Origin: Lytechinus pictus
Taxonomy: Eukaryota
NCBI RefSeq assembly: GCF_037042905.1
Contig: NC_087251.1
Span: 15,378,001-15,442,000 of the forward strand
Length of the DNA: 64,000 bases
Reading direction: 5' to 3'
Positions 62,982-64,000 of this stretch are shown one piece after another. A program made the translations under genes and the position numbers. Position 1 is the first letter of the stretch; every line of letters begins with the position of its first letter. The notes under the pieces were generated by a model, which saw only the letters and a list, made by a program, of their open reading frames with translations, was not told the DNA's origin and ran no database searches.

Positions 62982-63731
62982 CCCTAACTAGGCCGGGCTT
63001 TTTTGGCTGTTCTGTGGCCGGGGGTTGATTCAACCCCCCCCCCCCCCCCTGAGATCTCGGCCGCCGGTCGTGCGAGCGCCGCAAAAATTTGCACGCTGGT
63101 AGTGTGGGAGGTAATCTACAAGGCTGTATGGTAAAATTTTCCAGAATATTAAGATTTTATTTTATATGAATTAATTATGCTAATTTATGCATAAATCATA
63201 CTTTTTGCTCTAATTCACTAAATAAAGCTCCTAGAATGCTAATTTTTGGTAAAAATATTCTTTGTAGCATTCTTAACAATCGCAATTGAAAAAAACTTCA
63301 GTTTGGAAATCAATTTCTTATGTATTTTATTGTTTTATGAATTTCTTATGTATTTCTTTGTTTTTCTTTGTTTTTTACACCAGATTTATTGCACAAACTT
63401 TTTGAAGCATATTTATGCTAAAATCAATTGATTTCAGCTGTTTAAAGCAAAAATAATCGTATCTTTATGAATAAGATGAGAAAACTCAATTTGCATTGAC
63501 TTTGTACACAAAATCACGTTTTGGAACAATTTTGGTCTGACATGCACTTACGAAATGTTGCTTAATTTCGGAACCGCGTACCCGGGCGTCGCAAATTTGG
63601 TCTTAAAAGATGCGCGAGACTTGAAAGTATAAACTCTCTGAGTGGCGCGGTAAAAAAAAATTTGCACGGTGAAATAATCGCAGAAAATGTTGAGGGGGGG
63701 GGGTGATTCAACCCCCCCGGTCACTTTAGGG
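62982..63731. mobile_element. piggyBac-like MITE
   Basis: ccctaa...ttaggg; TTAA at 62978-62981 and 63732-63735. Confidence 0.88.
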
Positions 63732-64000
63732 TTAAGAATTAATAATTGCCAGTGTGAAAATGGTAGACAAAGAAATGAAAGATATACAGTAGGTCCAGAC
63801 AGACTTGAAGTTCTAGAAAATGGGTATTCTCCTAACGGATCAGAAAATGCCAGGTTATTTTGGCAGTGTAAAAGAAAATTTATTGTAATATTCCAGAAAA
63901 AAAATACATGCAAAAATCGTATCTAGATACTCATCAAAATCATAAGAACTTTTGCTGAGATTTTCCAAATTTATTGGTGTTCACTTAGTTTTGAGAACTT

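Overview
AT-rich eukaryotic genomic DNA with spliced genes and dense, nested transposon insertions. A marine invertebrate, probably a sea urchin, is my inference from the poly-G-tract MITE families, the Mag-type LTR element and a depactin-like cofilin N-terminus. Contents: (1) the last two coding exons of a ryanodine receptor gene (+, 1724-2508); (2) an intron-containing tRNA-Tyr(GTA) gene (-, 15789-15874) inside a 4.3-kb TGT...ACA element with 93-bp TIRs; (3) a 10.5-kb nest of DNA-transposon derivatives (19849-30321) containing a complete Gypsy/Mag-type LTR retrotransposon (23993-28768) with identical 176-bp LTRs and one intact gag-pol ORF; (4) two tandem, highly divergent ADF/cofilin-family genes (+, CDS 41743-47836 and 53723-60699) with the same five-exon structure including a phase-0 microexon; the ORF track assembles neither gene; (5) many non-autonomous hAT-, Kolobok-, piggyBac-, Harbinger-, Tc1- and Helentron-like elements defined by TIRs and TSDs. 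All coordinates were counted by hand, and almost all short ORFs in the supplied track are spurious.
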